Below are positions 38,635-49,471 of a stretch of DNA of 57,107 nucleotides, piece after piece; the first letter of the stretch is position 1, and the number at the start of each line of letters is the position of its first letter. Under the pieces are notes generated by a model, which had not been told where the DNA came from, did no database searches, and saw only the letters and a list, made by a program, of their open reading frames with translations. Position numbers and translations under genes: made by a program. Origin of the DNA: Rhizaria sp. SCN 62-66 (Eukaryota); NCBI GenBank assembly GCA_001724265.1, contig MEDY01000402.1, forward strand, positions 1-57,107, written 5' to 3'.

Positions 38635-41600
38635 TTAGAAGAAGAGCTTCTTCTTGGCGGCCGCGTTCGCCTTCTCCAGCTCCTCTTCCTCGGCCGCCTT
38701 GGCGTTGGCGCGCGCCTGCGCCGCCGCGGCCGTGTACGCACCCTGTGCGCCCAGACTCTCCTTGGCGACGTCCTTGAGGCGGTTCTTTGTGTTTGTGTCG
38801 AAGTTCTTCTTGGCCTGATCCGCCTTCAGCTTGGCGGCGGCCGCCTCCTTCTCGGCCTTAGCCTTGGCCTCGGCGGCCGCAGCCTTCTCGGCCTTGGTCT
38901 TCGCGTCAGCCTTGGCCTTGGCAGCCTTCTTCGAGTCGCTCTGGCTCTGCTTCTTGGAGCCCTTGCCCTTGGCCGTGCTCTTGCTCTGCCCCTGCCCACC
39001 GTCGCCCTTGCTGTTGCCGTTCGGCTTCTTGGCCGGCGTCGTGTCCTTGGTGTTAGAGACAGGTGTCTTCGAGTTGGTGTTGGTGTTGGACTTGGCAGGC
39101 GTCGTCGACTTCTTGTCAGCGGTGCTGACCGCCGCCTTCTTGTCGGCGGCGGCCTTGTCGGTGGACGGCTTCACTGGGGGCTTGACAGGCGTAAGCTTCT
39201 TGTCGTCGGTCTTAGCAGGCGTCTTGTTGCCGTCAGTCTTAGCAGGCGTCTTGTTGCCGTCAGTCTTAGCAGGCGTCTTGTTGCCGTCAGTCTTAGCAGG
39301 CGTCTTGTTGCCGTCGGTCTTAGGCGTCTTGTTGCCGTCGGTCTTGGCAGGAGTGTCATTCTTGCCCTTGTTGCCGCCACTGTTACTGCCACCGTTGTTG
39401 TTGCCGTTGCCCTTGTTATCAGGCGTGACCGGCTTATTGCTGTTATTGTTGCTGCTGGGAGTGGCCGCCTTGCCCGTGTTGCGAGTACTAAAATGCAAAA
39501 AATAACACACACAAAAAATATTAAAATATAAACAAGCAAGGCGTGAGTAATGACGAAAATGAAGTTGATGTGATGTTTACGTAACTCAAGCTATAACAGT
39601 TACTCATTGATGTTGCCTTCAAGCGTAGTAAAGATCGTGGAGTTATGGAGCCGTACCTGGAGCTGGCGTGCGTATTGCTGTTGCTGGAGCCGCGCGAGCC
39701 GCCCTTGCCGCCAATCAGGTCGCCGACGGCGCTGCTCGCCTTGCCGCCGACCTGCTTGCCGTACTTGGACTAAAAGTGGAAGCCACAAAGGGAAGAGTAA
39801 ACAAGGTGAGTTCAGTTCGTGAACGGATGAAGTCGACACAACAACAGCGAAAATCAATCATATCAACCAATTTTAAAAGTTAAAAACCAACATCACATTT
39901 GAGCAATTCAGTCACATGCAAGCTCATAATAAAACAAGAAGCTCGTCACAACAACTTGTCGTCCGTTGTCGCGCCCATTCTGAGTCGACGCACCTGTCCG
40001 TAGTTCTTGGCCATGCTGCCGGCCGTGTCAACCGCAAGGTCGCCAACCGTCTTGACCTTGTCGGCGACGGCGCTGTTGACCTTGGCGCCGGCCTGCTGCG
40101 CGCTGGCGTAGCCCGCCTGGCGCACCTGGTCCGCGCGCGCCTTGTCGCCCTTGAGGTCGATGGCGCCCGCCTTGAGGTCGGTGAGGAGGCGGCCGGTGCC
40201 CGTGGTGACCGCGCCGGCCGCATTGCCCGCCGCCGTGGCCGCGTAGTCGACGCCGACCTTGCCGACCTTGACGGCCTGGTCTGCGGCTGCGTTGATCACG
40301 CCGTTGACCGCGCCCGTGACAACGTTGCGCGTCGTCGCCGTGACGATCTTGCGGCCCACCTGTGTCCCGATCTCCTTGCCGGCAACCTTGACAGTCTCGC
40401 GCACCGCGCCCTTGACGTCGCCCGTAAGCAGCTTCTTGCCGCCCGCGATGAGCGCCTTGGCGCCAGAGACGCCGAGCCCGGTGACGGAGCCCAGGAACTC
40501 GTTGACCATGGCGTCCGTCATCGCCGTCTTGATCTCGCCCGCGATGATCTTCTTGTGGTACGCGATCTTTTGCTCGCGCGTCATGCGGCTCACGATCTGC
40601 TTCTCAAGCTCGCGCTTCTTGGCCAGTTCGGCCTCTTCTTGCTTGACGAGCTTCTCGTGCGCGGCCTTTTCCTCTGGGGTGGAGCCGATGCACTGGCCGG
40701 GACGCGTGGGACACACGGCCCCGATCGCCACAGAGCGCGCGGGCGAGGAAAAGAGCGTCGCACCCAGCACCTCAAACTTGGTCGCGGGCACGTTGAAGCT
40801 GGGGATGCGGAAGCCACAGAGGCAGTCGTCAGTGAGGCCGGCCTTGGCGAGGATCCAGTTCAGGCCCTTGACACACCACTCGCCGAAGATCTTGCCTATG
40901 TAGAGCGGGAACCGGCAGAAGAAGCGCTGCGCCGCGACGGCCGCGCCGCCGCTCATGAGCGCGACCATGGCCGTGCACATGGCCTCTCCGGCCAGGTCAC
41001 ACGCACCCTTCTTGAGGAAGTTGACCACGGCCTTGCACCACGTGCACTTGTACACCGTCACCTTGGCGATGACCCAGTCGAAGGCCTCAGCAAGCCAGTC
41101 GCCGAGTCCGAACATAAGCGCGTCCTGCACGAGCAGCGCGTGCAGCGTCGCGCGGCCCTGGAACAGGTGCTTGTGCTGGTGCAGCGCCGCCACGGCCACG
41201 CGCGCCTCGACGAACGACGCCGCGGCGGCGCCCTTGGGCGCGCGGCGCTCGCGCACGGCCAGCTCGGCGTCGACGCGCCGCAGCAGCGAGTCAAACGAGT
41301 CGCCGTGGGTTGTATAACGCACCTGCAGCGAGTCGGCGAGGCCGCAGAGGTTGTCGCGGTGCGTGCTATACAGTGCGCTATAGTCCGCATGCTCCATGTG
41401 GTAGACGTTGCGCGCGAAGTTCTCGCGCCAGGCCTTGAAAACCGGGTTGTTGATGCCGCCGGTGATCTTCTCGATGAAGTCCGCGTCGGCGGGCACCGCG
41501 AGATCGAAGGGCGTGGCGAGGAAGTCGTCGATGGTGTACATCTGCTTCATCGCCGTGAAGGCCTGCGTCATCTCGTGCGCCTCCGCCGACGAGGGCGCCA

Positions 41601-42070
41601 GGAATGGCTGCGGATTCGTCCCGTTCGACGGCGGCGCCAGCAAGGACGCGTCCGAGGACGCGCGGAGCGATACCGCCTGGCTGTGGGCGGCGCACAGTGG
41701 CAGTGACAAAAGACCAGGAGGTGAAAGCAGTGACACGGTGAGAGCATGACAACGGACAGGGGGCGACGGGCGAGTTGTTGTTGATGAGCGGTATGAGGTC
41801 ATTACGAGCACGAACGAGAAAAGGAAGCACATTTACATAATCAAACTGAGGTTTTTGCTAAAATACAGGACAACCAGCCCCTTAGCGCCAAGATTACAGC
41901 GCACAGAGGCGATTCAAGAACGCGGAAGGGTATCTGTGTGCGAACAGAGAGGCACAGCCTCGTGTTTGGGGATTGACGTACACACCAGAGGTGGCCAAGG
42001 CGAGGATCGCCATCACCAGGGCGCCAAAGAAGACCGCAAGACGTGCTAGAGTAGCATGCCTCAAGTCCAT
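38635..42070 (-). CDS. Predicted secreted protein with Cys-rich saposin-like domain and Lys/Thr/Pro repeat tail; exons 42070-41982, 41680-39994, 39769-39657, 39487-38635
   Basis: Signal peptide 'MDLRHATLARLAVFFGALVMAILALATSGVQA'. The Cys pattern is 'CTWCKAVVNFLKKGACDLAGEAMC...C...WC...DDCLC'. Three GT-AG introns have consistent phases. Stop is TAA. Confidence 0.72.
39199..39357 (-). repeat. 27-bp coding tandem repeat (KTDGNKTPA), about 5-6 units
   Basis: Units cttagcaggcgtcttgttgccgtc(a/g)gt start at 39211, 39238, 39265 and 39292, followed by a 24-bp variant at 39319. Confidence 0.92.
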
Positions 42071-42826
42071 TTGACACCGATCTAAGAGGAGAAAGTGGAC
42101 AGAAAAGGATGAGACGGGGACAAGGAGTGAGCTGGACACGATCCCACAAAAGGAGGCAACAGGGGGCGCAAAAAGCAAGTTGCAGATCTAACTGGGATAA
42201 TAAAGAAGACTACACAATCGCGTCTCTTCGAAAAATGCGGTTATCCGGCGTTCACTCGATATTGGAGCTCGATCTTTGCTTCAATTGGAAAGCGCGTGAA
42301 GGAGGGGATCTGAGGTCGATTTCGAGCAATACCAATTTCCGTTTCTGTACACGCACGTAGATGCGGTGAAACGCTCTGATTGAAAACGGAAATTATATTA
42401 CTACTCATTGCAAATCAATTTTACTTTGATTTGCAGTGATTTTTCCAGTCACAGCTGCGTAGTGACGTGGATTAGATTTCTCAAGACAAATTTTGGTCCT
42501 TCTCGATCGCCGGCACGAAAGTGGAGAGGCCGTAATTTTTTCGTACGCATCCACTGGTATTCTGCAATATATTTCATCAATTTTAAGTGTACAAACACAC
42601 ATTCAAGAAAAAACGACGCGATACAGAAGCTAGCACGCTAATTAGCGAGCTATTGTTTATTGGTATAGCTATTGTTCCACCTGTTGATATACCTTTCCAA
42701 ATCTCAATAAAGCTGGACGAGCTCCGTTGACGGCAAGCAACAAAATACAAGATATCTCGCAATTCTGCGCTTCATTCCCCGTTGGCACTGCCTTCTCGCT
42801 CAACATATTGCGTTATTCCTCCGTAT

Positions 42827-45652
42827 TCAGAACAGCGTGCCGGTGTTGTAGAGCGAGACGAAGGCGTTCTTGTACCACACGTCGTTGCCGAGCGTGGCGC
42901 TCTGCAGAGGCTGCAGCGCCGCGAAGGGGTTCAGCACGGCCTTGCTGCGGGCCTCGCAGCCGCACTGGCCGGTCAGGATGTCGGCCTCCTTGAGCGCTTC
43001 CTCGCTCGAGCTCGACGTTGTCAGCACCCACCGCCGCCGCGCCTCGTCCGAGAGCGCGGCGCAATCGTTAGACACGCCCCTGCGGCCCAGTTGCAGCGCG
43101 AACGCCTCCTCCCCCTCACTCAACGGCTGCTGAGGCTGCGGCTGCATAGGCGGCGAAGCAGCAACAGCAGCAATGGCGTTTTGCCGGGCCTTGGCGGTGG
43201 CTCCAGGGAACTTTTGCTCCCAAAGTTTGGCCATGACGTGCTTCTTGGCCCGGCTAGTGCCCGAGATGCCCCTTAGACAGGTAAGGGTCTGTCCCCAGTC
43301 ATACTCGGGGACAGTGAGGCCCATCTGGAAGCCCGCGATCAAGTCAGGCCGCGCGTCCCAGAGCGAAAATGTGCTGCCCGTACCGGCCACGGGACCCTTG
43401 GCCAGTGGGGCCGGCTCGTCTGAGGGGGTACTTACAAGAGGGTTCTTCTTCTTCTGCTGCGGCGCGATCGGGGTGGGGCCACGGAGCGACTGCGGCAGCG
43501 GGGACAGCGCCGAGTCTAAGTACCCCAGGAACGCGTCGTAGGTGCCGCGGTAGAAGGCCAGCTCCAGGTGCGGAGACCCCGCAGGCAGCAGCGTCGAAAA
43601 GACAGTGGGACTTTGACTTAAACTCGAACTCGAACTCGAAGCGCAGTTGTCCTGACTTGAAGTGGAAGGGGAGGTGGCGGGGCGGTCAGGAATTTCAGGG
43701 CCAATGAAGATAATGCGAATACGCCAATCAACGCTGCTCGACACAGTGGCAGCAAAACGAGACAACTCAGCAGCATCAGCATCAGCTTCACTGCCATCGC
43801 CCATGCTCTTGTTGCTTCCCTTGTCCCTGTTGTTGTTCTTGCTCTTGTCCTTATGACTGCCCAACTTAACATCACTATTCGCCGCGTCACTACTCTTGTT
43901 GTCATTATTGTCCTTATTGTCCTTGATATTGCGGTTGTTGTGTTGCAGCAGCGGCATTTGTTCCAGCGGCAGGTCCAGCAGCCGCGCCACGGCCTGCGGT
44001 AGCGCGGACCAGTACGCCACCGTTTCGGCCACGGTCTCCAGGTCGGCAGCGCCGATCACGTGCAGCAGCAGCGTCCGCGCAGGCTTGTCCACGCCCGCGA
44101 CGTAGCCCATCTCAGCCTTGGAGTCACTAGCACTTGCACTTGCAGTCTCGGTCTCGGTCGCAGTCTCTGCGTCACTCTTCTCCTCCCCGCAGAGCACCGC
44201 GCGCACGCCGGCCTCGAGTCCCGCGTCGCGCGCAATGGCGTGCGCGATCGTCAGCGGGCAGCAAAACCGCGCTGTGAGCGCGCGCTGCGCGGGGGCCGCG
44301 GCGGCCCACGCGAGCGAGCCCGCGGGGCGGGCCAGCAGCGCGGCCGTGGCGGCGGGGATGTCGATTGCGCCCGTGGCGTCGCCGCCGCCGCCGTCGCTGC
44401 TGCTGCTGTTGTTGTTGCGGCTGCTGCTGCTGCTGCTGCTGTCGTTCGCGCTGGCGTCGCAGTTGCCCGTCGCCGCGCCGCCCATAGTAGCGAGGCGGGG
44501 GGCCGGGAGCGGTCCCTCGTTGGTGCGCGCGGCGAGGCGCATGGGGGCGAAGAGCACGCTCTCCCAAGTCCAGTGGGTGCGCACGACGCCGAACGACAGC
44601 GGGAGCAGGTGCGGCCACACTAGGGCGGGGTAGTTGGACGCGCTGAGGGGGTACTTAGCGCTGGCGTAAGGGTCGAGCCCGCGGAGACGTGACTCGTGGA
44701 CGGACGCGAGCAGCAGAGCGCGCCAGAGCAGCGCGGCGGCGGCGGCCGAGCCGTGGATGTCGTTGGGGTCGTACAGAGCGGGCGGCGCACTCGCTGCGTC
44801 CGCCTCCGCAGCCGCAGTACTTGCAGGCGCAGCTGTTGTGCCACTGCTGCTCGTGTTGCTGTCACTGCTCCGTTGCGCAGCGAGAATGACGGCGCAGTTG
44901 CGCGCAAACGCGATGTCCTGGCTCAGCTGCATCAGCGCGTCGCACACTGCCGAGTGGATTTTTCGGTCCTTGCGGCGGTGCAGCTGGCTGCAGTACTCGA
45001 CGCGCTGGCAGCGCGGACACTCGACGTAGCCGCTGCCGCACGCCGCCGCCGCCGCCGCGGCCGCCAGCGCAATCGCGCTGTTGGCGCCGGCGCTGTTGCC
45101 GCTGTTGTTTGCGGAAGAATTCAGCAAAGCCTCCGCCTCGGCCTTGGCCTTAGCTTTGGCCTCTGCGGCGGCGGCGGCGCGCGCGCGGGCTTTCTCCTGC
45201 TGCGAGGCCGAGACGCCGCAGACGGCGCAGCACGTGAGCCCCAGCCCCAGGCTGTGGCCGGGCGGCAGCGCGCGCAACCGCGGCTGGGCCTCGGCATAGA
45301 GCTCGGCGACGGCGATGGGGTAGAGCAGCAGCGGCACGGTGCCGACGCCGTTCAGGAAGGGGTCTGTCACGCCCAGGCTCAGCGGCTGCAGCGACTTGGC
45401 CTCGGCGGACGCGGCCGAGGCGGCGCCCGAGCCCGAGCCGTGATGGTGCTGGTGCTTGGGGGCCGCGAACGACGCCGCGGACGAGTGCTGCGAGGGGAAC
45501 GCTGCGCCGAACTTGGTGCTCACCATGGGGCCGCTGCCGTTGCCGCCCTTCTCGTAGCGCGAGCGCTTGTTGTTGTTGCTGTTGCCGCCATGAGAGCTGC
45601 CACCGTGGCCGCCGCCGTGGTGGCCGTGACTCCCGCCGCTGGAACGCTTCAT
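42827..45652 (-). CDS. MYND zinc finger plus MSS51/ZMYND15-like C-terminal domain protein (~941 aa, intronless)
   Basis: MYND 'CAVC...CPRCQRVEYCSQLHRRKDRKIHSAVC'. The C-terminal motifs 'LHVIGAAD.E', 'IIFIGPEI', 'PDLIAGFQMGL...WGQTL', 'NPFA..QP...N' are typical of MSS51-like proteins. ATG at 45652 is where GC-rich coding composition begins. Stop is TGA. Confidence 0.8.
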   Translation of the reverse strand: MKRSSGGSHGHHGGGHGGSSHGGNSNNNKRSRYEKGGNGSGPMVSTKFGAAFPSQHSSAASFAAPKHQHHHGSGSGAASAASAEAKSLQPLSLGVTDPFLNGVGTVPLLLYPIAVAELYAEAQPRLRALPPGHSLGLGLTCCAVCGVSASQQEKARARAAAAAEAKAKAKAEAEALLNSSANNSGNSAGANSAIALAAAAAAAACGSGYVECPRCQRVEYCSQLHRRKDRKIHSAVCDALMQLSQDIAFARNCAVILAAQRSSDSNTSSSGTTAAPASTAAAEADAASAPPALYDPNDIHGSAAAAALLWRALLLASVHESRLRGLDPYASAKYPLSASNYPALVWPHLLPLSFGVVRTHWTWESVLFAPMRLAARTNEGPLPAPRLATMGGAATGNCDASANDSSSSSSSRNNNSSSSDGGGGDATGAIDIPAATAALLARPAGSLAWAAAAPAQRALTARFCCPLTIAHAIARDAGLEAGVRAVLCGEEKSDAETATETETASASASDSKAEMGYVAGVDKPARTLLLHVIGAADLETVAETVAYWSALPQAVARLLDLPLEQMPLLQHNNRNIKDNKDNNDNKSSDAANSDVKLGSHKDKSKNNNRDKGSNKSMGDGSEADADAAELSRFAATVSSSVDWRIRIIFIGPEIPDRPATSPSTSSQDNCASSSSSSLSQSPTVFSTLLPAGSPHLELAFYRGTYDAFLGYLDSALSPLPQSLRGPTPIAPQQKKKNPLVSTPSDEPAPLAKGPVAGTGSTFSLWDARPDLIAGFQMGLTVPEYDWGQTLTCLRGISGTSRAKKHVMAKLWEQKFPGATAKARQNAIAAVAASPPMQPQPQQPLSEGEEAFALQLGRRGVSNDCAALSDEARRRWVLTTSSSSEEALKEADILTGQCGCEARSKAVLNPFAALQPLQSATLGNDVWYKNAFVSLYNTGTLF

Positions 45653-46331
45653 ATGAACTGAGGGAGAGTTGGGAACGAAGGGTTTCTGGAGAGCAAAGCT
45701 TGGATGGGTCTTGTCGAGCTTTGAAAGAGGCATAGATAGGAGAGGAGAGCAGATGGAGAAAGAATTATAAAAGGAAAGAGCATTTATGCCATTTTTACTT
45801 TGTTTTATGACGCAATCAGAGAGTTTGACGATCAATCCATGCTGATATCGGAAGCTTGCGAACACGCAACAAAGCACCAAGCCGACTGCCCTCTGAGCGA
45901 GCACAGCAGCGAAACGTTTCTTCACATTTCAAAAGATAGATCTCGGTGTGGTCTGAGCGAGTTCAAACATGAAAACAAGGGTGACAATAGCATTACGCTT
46001 GCAATGCACAATTAGCTTGTTGTTTTACTTGAGTAGGCATAGTCTACTGAACTGTGACCCAGTAGATGATTCGTGAAAAGCTTGTAAAATGATTATTGTT
46101 CTTTTGATTGTTCTTTCGCAAATAATGTATTTCGGAGCAGTAGCATCTCTCTCGCACACATAGACAACGTAAGAATTCAGTCTTGACACATATATCGCTG
46201 CGCAAGTCTGAGTCGTTCTTTACACTTACAGTCGACTGCTGTGTAGCGAGAGCTTAGTTATTATACGATGCGAGACGCTTGCCACCCCTAAAGTTCTGAC
46301 ACAGCCAGTTAAGACAGAAACAGCGCGTCAC

Positions 46332-48517
46332 TTAGTTCTTGCCGCCCATGGTGGGGAAGTTCATGGTGACGTTCTTGACGGTCTCGCCGTCGAACTTCCA
46401 GGAGGAGGAGATGGTCTTGATCTGGGTGTTGAACGAGACGCCCTCCTTGCCGTAGAAGTGCTGCGCACCGCGGAAGGAGCCGCGGGAGCCGGTGAAGGAG
46501 AACATGGGCAGCGGCACGGGGATGGGGAGGTTGATGCCGACCTAGACACAGATAGAACACAAGAGAAACAAGAGAAAAGATTCGAGGATATTAGAAAACG
46601 AGATATATGTCGTTGAGATAAAGACGTATTGAGATGACATTTTGACATTTAGTTAAATAACAAAATATTATACATCTACGCAACATATTGTTTGATTTCA
46701 TCATAAAACCAACGCGCATGTCGATGTTTTGCGTGAGTGTGTGTGTGCGTACCTGGCCAGCGTCAATCTCGTACTGGAACTTGCGGGCGGCGGCACCGGA
46801 CTTAGTGAAGATAGCGGCGCCGTTGCCCCACGGGTTGGCGTTGGTGAGCGCGATGGCCTCCTCAAGCGAGGCGGCCTCGAGGCACACGAGCACGGGGCCG
46901 AAGATCTCCTCCTTGTAGCAGGTCATGTGCGGCTTGACACCGGTGATGATGGTGGGGCCGACCCAGTTGCCGTCCTCGCAGCCAGCGGGGGGAGTGACCT
47001 TGCGGCCGTCGAGCAGGATCGTCGCGCCCTCCTTCTCCGCCGACGCGATGAGCGAGAAGATGCGGTCGCGCGACTGCCGCGAGATGACCGGGCCCAGGTC
47101 CGAGGTGGACTGGTGGCCGGGGCCGGCGCGCAGCTTGGACGCCTTGGCCACGAGCTCGGGCAGCCACTCCTTGGTCTCGCCGACGAAGACGGCCGTGGTG
47201 AGCGCCATGCAGCGCTGGCCGGCGGCGCCGAAGGCCGCGCCAGCGAGCTGGTTCAGGGTCGCCTCCTTGTCGGCGTCGGGCATGATGGTGCCGTGGTTCT
47301 TGGCGGCCATGTTGGCCTGGGGAGAGAGAGGGGAGCAAGAGAAAAAACAACACCGAAGACAAGAGTCGAGCAAAAGATTAGATGGAACAGGAGAGAGAAG
47401 GCAGCCTTCGAAAGTAGTAATCAAGTTGATAAAGAGACAGGTAAAATTAATCAATGCAGGTTTAATTTCGTATCCATAAATAAGTCGGCATACCTGGACG
47501 CGCTTGTTGGTCTTGGAGGCACGGGCGTGAATGTACTCGCCGGCGACGTTGGAGCCGACGAAGGAGACACCGCGGATGAGGGGCTCGTCGCAGAGGTAGT
47601 TGACGGTGTCGTGGGCGCCGTGGACGATGTTGACAACGCCGTTGGGCATGCCGGCCTCCTTGGTGAGGCGCGCGAGCACCATGGCCGCGGAGGGGGTCTT
47701 CTCGGAGGGCTTGAGGACCATGGTGTTGCCGCACATGGTCGACACGGGGAACATCCAGAGAGGGATCATGGCGGGGAAGTTGAAGGGGCAGATGCCGGCC
47801 ATCACGCCGAGGGGCTGGCGGTACGAGTAGGTGTCGACGTCGCGCGAGAGCTGCTCGAGCGTCTCGCCCTTGAGGTCGGACGAGAGGCCGGCGGCGTACT
47901 CGACGACCTCGAGGCCGCGGAAGATGGAGCCCTTAGCGTCGGCGACGACCTTGCCGTTCTCAGCGACGACGGCGTCGATGAGGTCCTGCTCGTTGTCGCG
48001 GATCAGCTGCTGCAGCTTGAACATGTAGCGCTGGCGGACGGCAACAGAGGTGTTGCGCCACTCGCCGAAGGCGGCGTGGGCGGCCTGAGCGAGGGCGAGG
48101 GGGACGAGGGAAGGAGGGGGATGGGAGAGAACGGAAGGCCGAGGGATGGGGGAAGTTAGAGGTGGAGATATAGGCATCAAGGTACGATTCTTTTGGGGTG
48201 AAAACAAGTTAATCAAGTAATTCGAGTGATATAGTGTCTATATATGAAAGCTTTATGGTTCAGTAAAGGGTGATGTGTGGTGCAAATGAACGTACCTGGG
48301 TGGCGGCGGACAGCTCCTCGGGGGTGGACTGGGGCACCTGGGCGATGACCTTGTTGGTGGCGGGGTCAAAGACATCGATCCACTGGTTGGTCTTGGACTG
48401 GACGAACTCGCCGTTGATGAAGTTAGGGATGCGCTTGGGGGCGGCGGAGAAGGCGCGGGCGGCGGGGGTGGCGACCGTGGACAGCTTGGAGGCCGTCTTG
48501 ACGACAGAACGGAACAT
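46332..48517 (-). CDS. ALDH6A1: Mitochondrial methylmalonate-semialdehyde dehydrogenase (528 aa); exons 48517-48296, 48084-47494, 47316-46753, 46541-46332
   Basis: Presequence [16 protein letters not shown], then '[17 protein letters not shown]', 'LKPSEKTP', 'SFVGS', '[13 protein letters not shown]', 'YKEEIFGPV', '[32 protein letters not shown]'. Stop is TAA. Confidence 0.97.
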
Positions 48518-49471
48518 CGTTGCGAGTCGAACTGAGGTGGGGATTTAACAATGATACCGCACAGGAAGTCGACAATAAACATCAGAGCAAGACAGAACCA
48601 AGAGAAAAAGAGCAAGAAAGCGGGGGTGAGAGAGTTGGGTGAGGTGAAGATGAAACAGGCAGAGTGTACAAAGGGAACGAACGTTGCACTAAAGGGGAGT
48701 GTGTTTGCGAGGTCGGAAACAGAGAACAAAAATAACAATATTGCAGGTATCAGGGATATCGCAAACCGCAATGCGCGGGTAACCAGCATCATAGGCATGA
48801 GCCTAGCACACTGTCAAGCGCGGAAGAGCGCTGTGGTGAGGTGAGAGATCGTGTTTTGTGGAGGTGGCGGCATCGAAACGCGGGCACAGCCCGAAATATC
48901 AGAAGACAGTTTTACACCACAAAGGCTTTCCTGCTTCGCTGTCGATATATTACCAATAGCAAGGCCACCACTAAAAGTGTCTGAATACCCTGCCACACAG
49001 CCGGAAACGAGCAAGATATGCTCCATCCAGCCGATGATTTATCCCTTCCTGGCCCTCCAAGGTCCAACGGTGCAATCGTGACTGGGCTCAGCTCTCAGTC
49101 AGCGGCTTGCTTTTCAGCTCGACCACAAACGAGATTCGAGCGGTCGCTGCCAAACAGCTCCCAGGAGACAAGAGGACTTGGCGCTCTCTCTTGCAGGGGG
49201 TATATCTCGGGCTGTGCATTTTCTTTTCGAAATGTAATTTAATTATAAGGTGTTAATTTGCTGTGGGCTTTACGGATTTCAAGCTTATTTGCGAATGACG
49301 GACTCTTCCATGTTTATTTTTATATTTTCTCCTTCCCACCGTCTATAGGCACAGCACGCGCTTGGCGTCCCTTCCAGCAACTCGCTCTCCCTACAAAACA
49401 CAACTAGAGCTATCTTACCAGCGCAACTGAGTTTACTGCTTACTGTTGTACCGCCCAAGCGCCCCGCGAGG

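Noticed and set aside
39199-39357. Possible CRISPR-like array
   Set aside because: Head-to-tail coding repeats without unique spacers, in a eukaryotic exon.
45653-45925. N-terminal extensions given by the ORF track (also 35096-35215, 31064-31264, 33635-34024)
   Set aside because: AT- or pyrimidine-rich UTR/intron-like sequence upstream of the ATG where coding composition begins.
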